A stretch of 64,000 bases of DNA from Eledone cirrhosa (lineage: Eukaryota): assembly GCA_964016885.1 (NCBI GenBank), contig OZ024757.1, positions 3,968,001 through 4,032,000 of the forward strand, in the 5' to 3' direction. The position numbers were made by a program, and so were the translations under genes. Below, piece after piece: positions 60,094 to 64,000 of the stretch; position 1 is the stretch's first letter, and every line of letters begins with the position of its first letter. Under the pieces are notes generated by a model, which was not told the origin of the DNA, did not search any database, and saw nothing but the letters and a program-made list of their open reading frames with translations.

Positions 60094-60440
60094 ATACATA
60101 TATTTTATTATCTGATGATTCTAAAGACATGATTTATGATATAATGCTCTGATTTGTTAATTTATTAATTCTTCATAGAGCTTAAAAGTGACCAGTTGCA
60201 ACATGTATATATCTATAACTTTATGTATATGTTAACCTTTATATTTAATAATCTCCCAATAGGTTGAGATTAAATTTGGCGATATTTGGCTGCGCTTTCT
60301 AGCAGCAAGCCTACCTGCCGTAAGCAACCAATCACATCCTTTCTCTATGCCTTGTCCACAGCCACATAGCGTATCTTAGCCATTTTTGAATTTATTTTTG
60401 GCAGGATCGGATTGAAAAACTAGATGTCTGATTTTGAGTT

Positions 60441-60518
60441 TGTCTCCTGATGAATCCTAACTCAGGACATTCCTATTATTTGGATGTCTAAAATATGGAA
60501 GAAACCATGGTAGAGATA
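60441..60518 (+). ncRNA. Type I hammerhead ribozyme, array unit 1 (predicted cleavage after 60512)
   Basis: TGTCTC-CTGATGA-aTCC...GGACATTC/GGATGTCT...GGAa-GAAAC-CATG-GTA-GAGATA. Confidence 0.78.
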
Positions 60519-61104
60519 TAATTACGGTATGTGCGCATTTCTTCTAAGTTAAATTTTACACATAATTGTGTATGGCTGATAGTATATTTAGTCAGTTTCT
60601 ACATGCTGTCGAAATGTTGGATAAATACTCGAGTTAGGCCGCCGCGAAGAGGCTACGTTCGGTTATTTGTCGGAGATTTCCCCATAAGAGCATTTATACT
60701 TATAGCTTGTTCTGATTGATTTTTTATATGGTTAGTTGTGCTAATTAGAAGAAGAAATAGTATATATTTTATTATCTGATGATTCTAAAGACATGATTTA
60801 TGATATAATGCTCTGATTTTTTAATTTATTAATTCAACATAGAGCTTAAAAGTGACTAGTTGCAACATGTATATATCTATACCTTTATGTATATGTTAAC
60901 CTTTATATTTAATAATCTCCCAATAGGTTGAGATTAAATCTGGCGATATTTGGCTGCGCTTTCTAGCAGCAAGCCTACCCGCCGTAAGCAACCAATCACA
61001 TCCTTTCTCTCTGCCTTGTCCACAGCCACATAGCGTATCTTAGCCATTTTTGAATTTATTTTTGGCAGGATCGGATTGAAAAACTAGATGTCTGATTTTG
61101 AGTT

Positions 61105-61182
61105 TGTCTCCTGATGAATCCTAACTCAGGACATTCCTATTATTTGGATGTCTAAAATAAGGAAGAAACCATGGTAGAGATA
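61105..61182 (+). ncRNA. Type I hammerhead ribozyme, array unit 2 (cleavage after 61176)
   Basis: Same fold, with stem II TCCT/AGGA. Confidence 0.8.
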
Positions 61183-61768
61183 TAATTACGGTTTGTGCGC
61201 ATTTCTTCTAAGTTAAATTTTACACCTAATTGTGTATGGCTGATGGTATATTTAGTCAGTTTCTACATGCTGTCGAAATGTTGGATAAATACTCGAGTGA
61301 GGCCGCCGCGAAGAGGCTACGTTCGGTTATTTGTCGGAGATTTCCCCATAAGAGCATTTATTCTTATAGCTTGTTCTGATTGATTTTTTATGTGGTTAGT
61401 TATGCTAATTAGAAGAAGAAATAGTATATATTTTATTATCTGATGATTCTAAAGACATGATTTATGATATAATGCTCTGATTTGTTAATTTATTAATTCT
61501 TCATAGAGCTTAAAAGTGACCAGTTGCAACATGTATATATCTATAACTTTATGTATATGTTAACCTTTATATTTAATAATCTCCCAATAGGTTGAGATTA
61601 AATTTGGCGATATTTGGCTGCGCTTTCTAGCAGCAAGCCTACCCGCCGTAAGCAACCAATCACATCCTTTCTCTCTGCCTTGTCCACAGCCACATAGCGT
61701 ATCTTAGCCATTTTTGAATTTATTTTTGGCAGGATCGGATTGAAAAACTAGATGTCTGATTTTGAGTT

Positions 61769-61846
61769 TGTCTCCTGATGAATCCTAACTCAGGACATTC
61801 CTATTATTTGGATGTCTAAAATAAGGAAGAAACCATGGTAGAGATA
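61769..61846 (+). ncRNA. Type I hammerhead ribozyme, array unit 3 (cleavage after 61840)
   Basis: Same as unit 2. Confidence 0.8.
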
Positions 61847-62432
61847 TAATTACGGTTTGTGCGCATTTCTTCTAAGTTAAATTTTACACCTAATTGTGTA
61901 TGGCTGATGGTATATTTAGTCAGTTTCTACATGCTGTCGAAATGTTGGATAAATACTCGAGTGAGGCCGCCGCGAAGAGGCTACGTTCGGTTATTTGTCG
62001 GAGATTTCCCCATAAGAGCATTTATTCTTATAGCTTGTTCTGATTGATTTTTTATGTGGTTAGTTATGCTAATTAGAAGAAGAAATAGTATATATTTTAT
62101 TATCTGATGATTCTAAAGACATGATTTATGATATAATGCTCTGATTTGTTAATTTATTAATTCTTCATAGAGCTTAAAAGTGACCAGTTGCAACATGTAT
62201 ATATCTATAACTTTATGTATATGTTAACCTTTATATTTAATAATCTCCCAATAGGTTGAGATTAAATTTGGCGATATTTGGCTGCGCTTTCTAGCAGCAA
62301 GCCTACCCGCCGTAAGCAACCAATCACATCCTTTCTCTCTGCCTTGTCCACAGCCACATAGCGTATCTTAGCCATTTTTGAATTTATTTTTGGCAGGATC
62401 GGATTGAAAAACTAGATGTCTGATTTTGAGTT

Positions 62433-62510
62433 TGTCTCCTGATGAATCCTAACTCAGGACATTCCTATTATTTGGATGTCTAAAATAAGGAAGAAACCAT
62501 GGTAGAGATA
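62433..62510 (+). ncRNA. Type I hammerhead ribozyme, array unit 4 (cleavage after 62504)
   Basis: Same as unit 2. Confidence 0.8.
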
Positions 62511-63096
62511 TAATTACGGTTTGTGCGCATTTCTTCTAAGTTAAATTTTACACCTAATTGTGTATGGCTGATGGTATATTTAGTCAGTTTCTACATGCTG
62601 TCGAAATGTTGGATAAATACTCGAGTGAGGCCGCCGCGAAGAGGCTACGTTCGGTTATTTGTCGGAGATTTCCCCATAAGAGCATTTATTCTTATAGCTT
62701 GTTCTGATTGATTTTTTATGTGGTTAGTTATGCTAATTAGAAGAAGAAATAGTATATATTTTATTATCTGATGATTCTAAAGACATGATTTATGATATAA
62801 TGCTCTGATTTGTTAATTTATTAATTCTTCATAGAGCTTAAAAGTGACCAGTTGCAACATGTATATATCTATAACTTTATGTATATGTTAACCTTTATAT
62901 TTAATAATCTCCCAATAGGTTGAGATTAAATTTGGCGATATTTGGCTGCGCTTTCTAGCAGCAAGCCTACCCGCCGTAAGCAACCAATCACATCCTTTCT
63001 CTCTGCCTTGTCCACAGCCACATAGCGTATCTTAGCCATTTTTGAATTTATTTTTGGCAGGATCGGATTGAAAAACTAGATGTCTGATTTTGAGTT

Positions 63097-63174
63097 TGTC
63101 TCCTGATGAATCCTAACTCAGGACATTCCTATTATTTGGATGTCTAAAATAAGGAAGAAACCATGGTAGAGATA
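63097..63174 (+). ncRNA. Type I hammerhead ribozyme, array unit 5 (cleavage after 63168)
   Basis: Same as unit 2. Confidence 0.8.
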
Positions 63175-63760
63175 TAATTACGGTTTGTGCGCATTTCTTC
63201 TAAGTTAAATTTTACACCTAATTGTGTATGGCTGATGGTATATTTAGTCAGTTTCTACATGCTGTCGAAATGTTGGATAAATACTCGAGTGAGGCCGCCG
63301 CGAAGAGGCTACGTTCGGTTATTTGTCGGAGATTTCCCCATAAGAGCATTTATTCTTATAGCTTGTTCTGATTGATTTTTTATGTGGTTAGTTATGCTAA
63401 TTAGAAGAAGAAATAGTATATATTTTATTATCTGATGATTCTAAAGACATGATTTATGATATAATGCTCTGATTTGTTAATTTATTAATTCTTCATAGAG
63501 CTTAAAAGTGACCAGTTGCAACATGTATATATCTATAACTTTATGTATATGTTAACCTTTATATTTAATAATCTCCCAATAGGTTGAGATTAAATTTGGC
63601 GATATTTGGCTGCGCTTTCTAGCAGCAAGCCTACCCGCCGTAAGCAACCAATCACATCCTTTCTCTCTGCCTTGTCCACAGCCACATAGCGTATCTTAGC
63701 CATTTTTGAATTTATTTTTGGCAGGATCGGATTGAAAAACTAGATGTCTGATTTTGAGTT

Positions 63761-63838
63761 TGTCTCCTGATGAATCCTAACTCAGGACATTCCTATTATT
63801 TGGATGTCTAAAATAAGGAAGAAACCATGGTAGAGATA
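63761..63838 (+). ncRNA. Type I hammerhead ribozyme, array unit 6 (cleavage after 63832)
   Basis: Same as unit 2. Confidence 0.8.
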
Positions 63839-64000
63839 TAATTACGGTTTGTGCGCATTTCTTCTAAGTTAAATTTTACACCTAATTGTGTATGGCTGAT
63901 GGTATATTTAGTCAGTTTCTACATGCTGTCGAAATGTTGGATAAATACTCGAGTGAGGCCGCCGCGAAGAGGCTACGTTCGGTTATTTGTCGGAGATTTC

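Larger units (their letters stand above)
60098..64000 (+). repeat. 664-bp tandem array (~5.9 units, open at the right edge), one HHR per unit; retrozyme-like
   Basis: Exact 664-bp periodicity (track ORFs at 60531, 61195, 61859, 62523, 63187). Later units look identical by eye. Confidence 0.97.

Noticed and set aside
60750-60790. Second CTGATGA per unit as a type II hammerhead (agaa-GAAA...CTGATGA-ttct)
   Set aside because: Stems I and III do not pair convincingly, and the diverged homolog has CTGGTGA, which breaks the core.
60531-63375. Repeated 62-aa ORF as a protein encoded by the 664-bp unit
   Set aside because: GTG start, no recognisable motif, and its recurrence merely reflects the repeat. 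Not excluded without ribosome profiling.

Overview
AT-rich animal genomic DNA with no intact protein-coding gene. The host is probably a cephalopod such as Octopus, inferred only from a SINE-tail-like fragment and the (TA)n-rich context. Bases 1-~52705 are one uninterrupted 23-bp satellite (consensus TTCTGTTAATCTAACGTAATATA) with a quasi-palindromic monomer and nested higher-order duplications (~1.4, ~5.9, ~9.3 and ~10.5 kb). Bases ~52.7-60.1 kb are a patchwork of retroelement debris separated by (TA)n tracts: a SINE 3' end, a CR1-like LINE 3' end, a decayed Penelope-like element (RT YRDD plus GIY-YIG, Naiad-like), and several short non-coding elements with inverted junctions. From ~60.1 kb to the window end is a highly homogeneous 664-bp tandem array. 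The main result, from folding by eye, is that each 664-bp unit contains a type I hammerhead ribozyme (HHR) fold with a palindromic minimal stem III and an extended stem II. A diverged inverted copy just upstream shows covarying stems. At least four other, sequence-unrelated HHR folds lie within 7 kb. This suggests a retrozyme-like satellite embedded in a Penelope/HHR-rich locus. No alignment, folding software or database search was run, and all listed ORFs other than the Penelope fragments look spurious.
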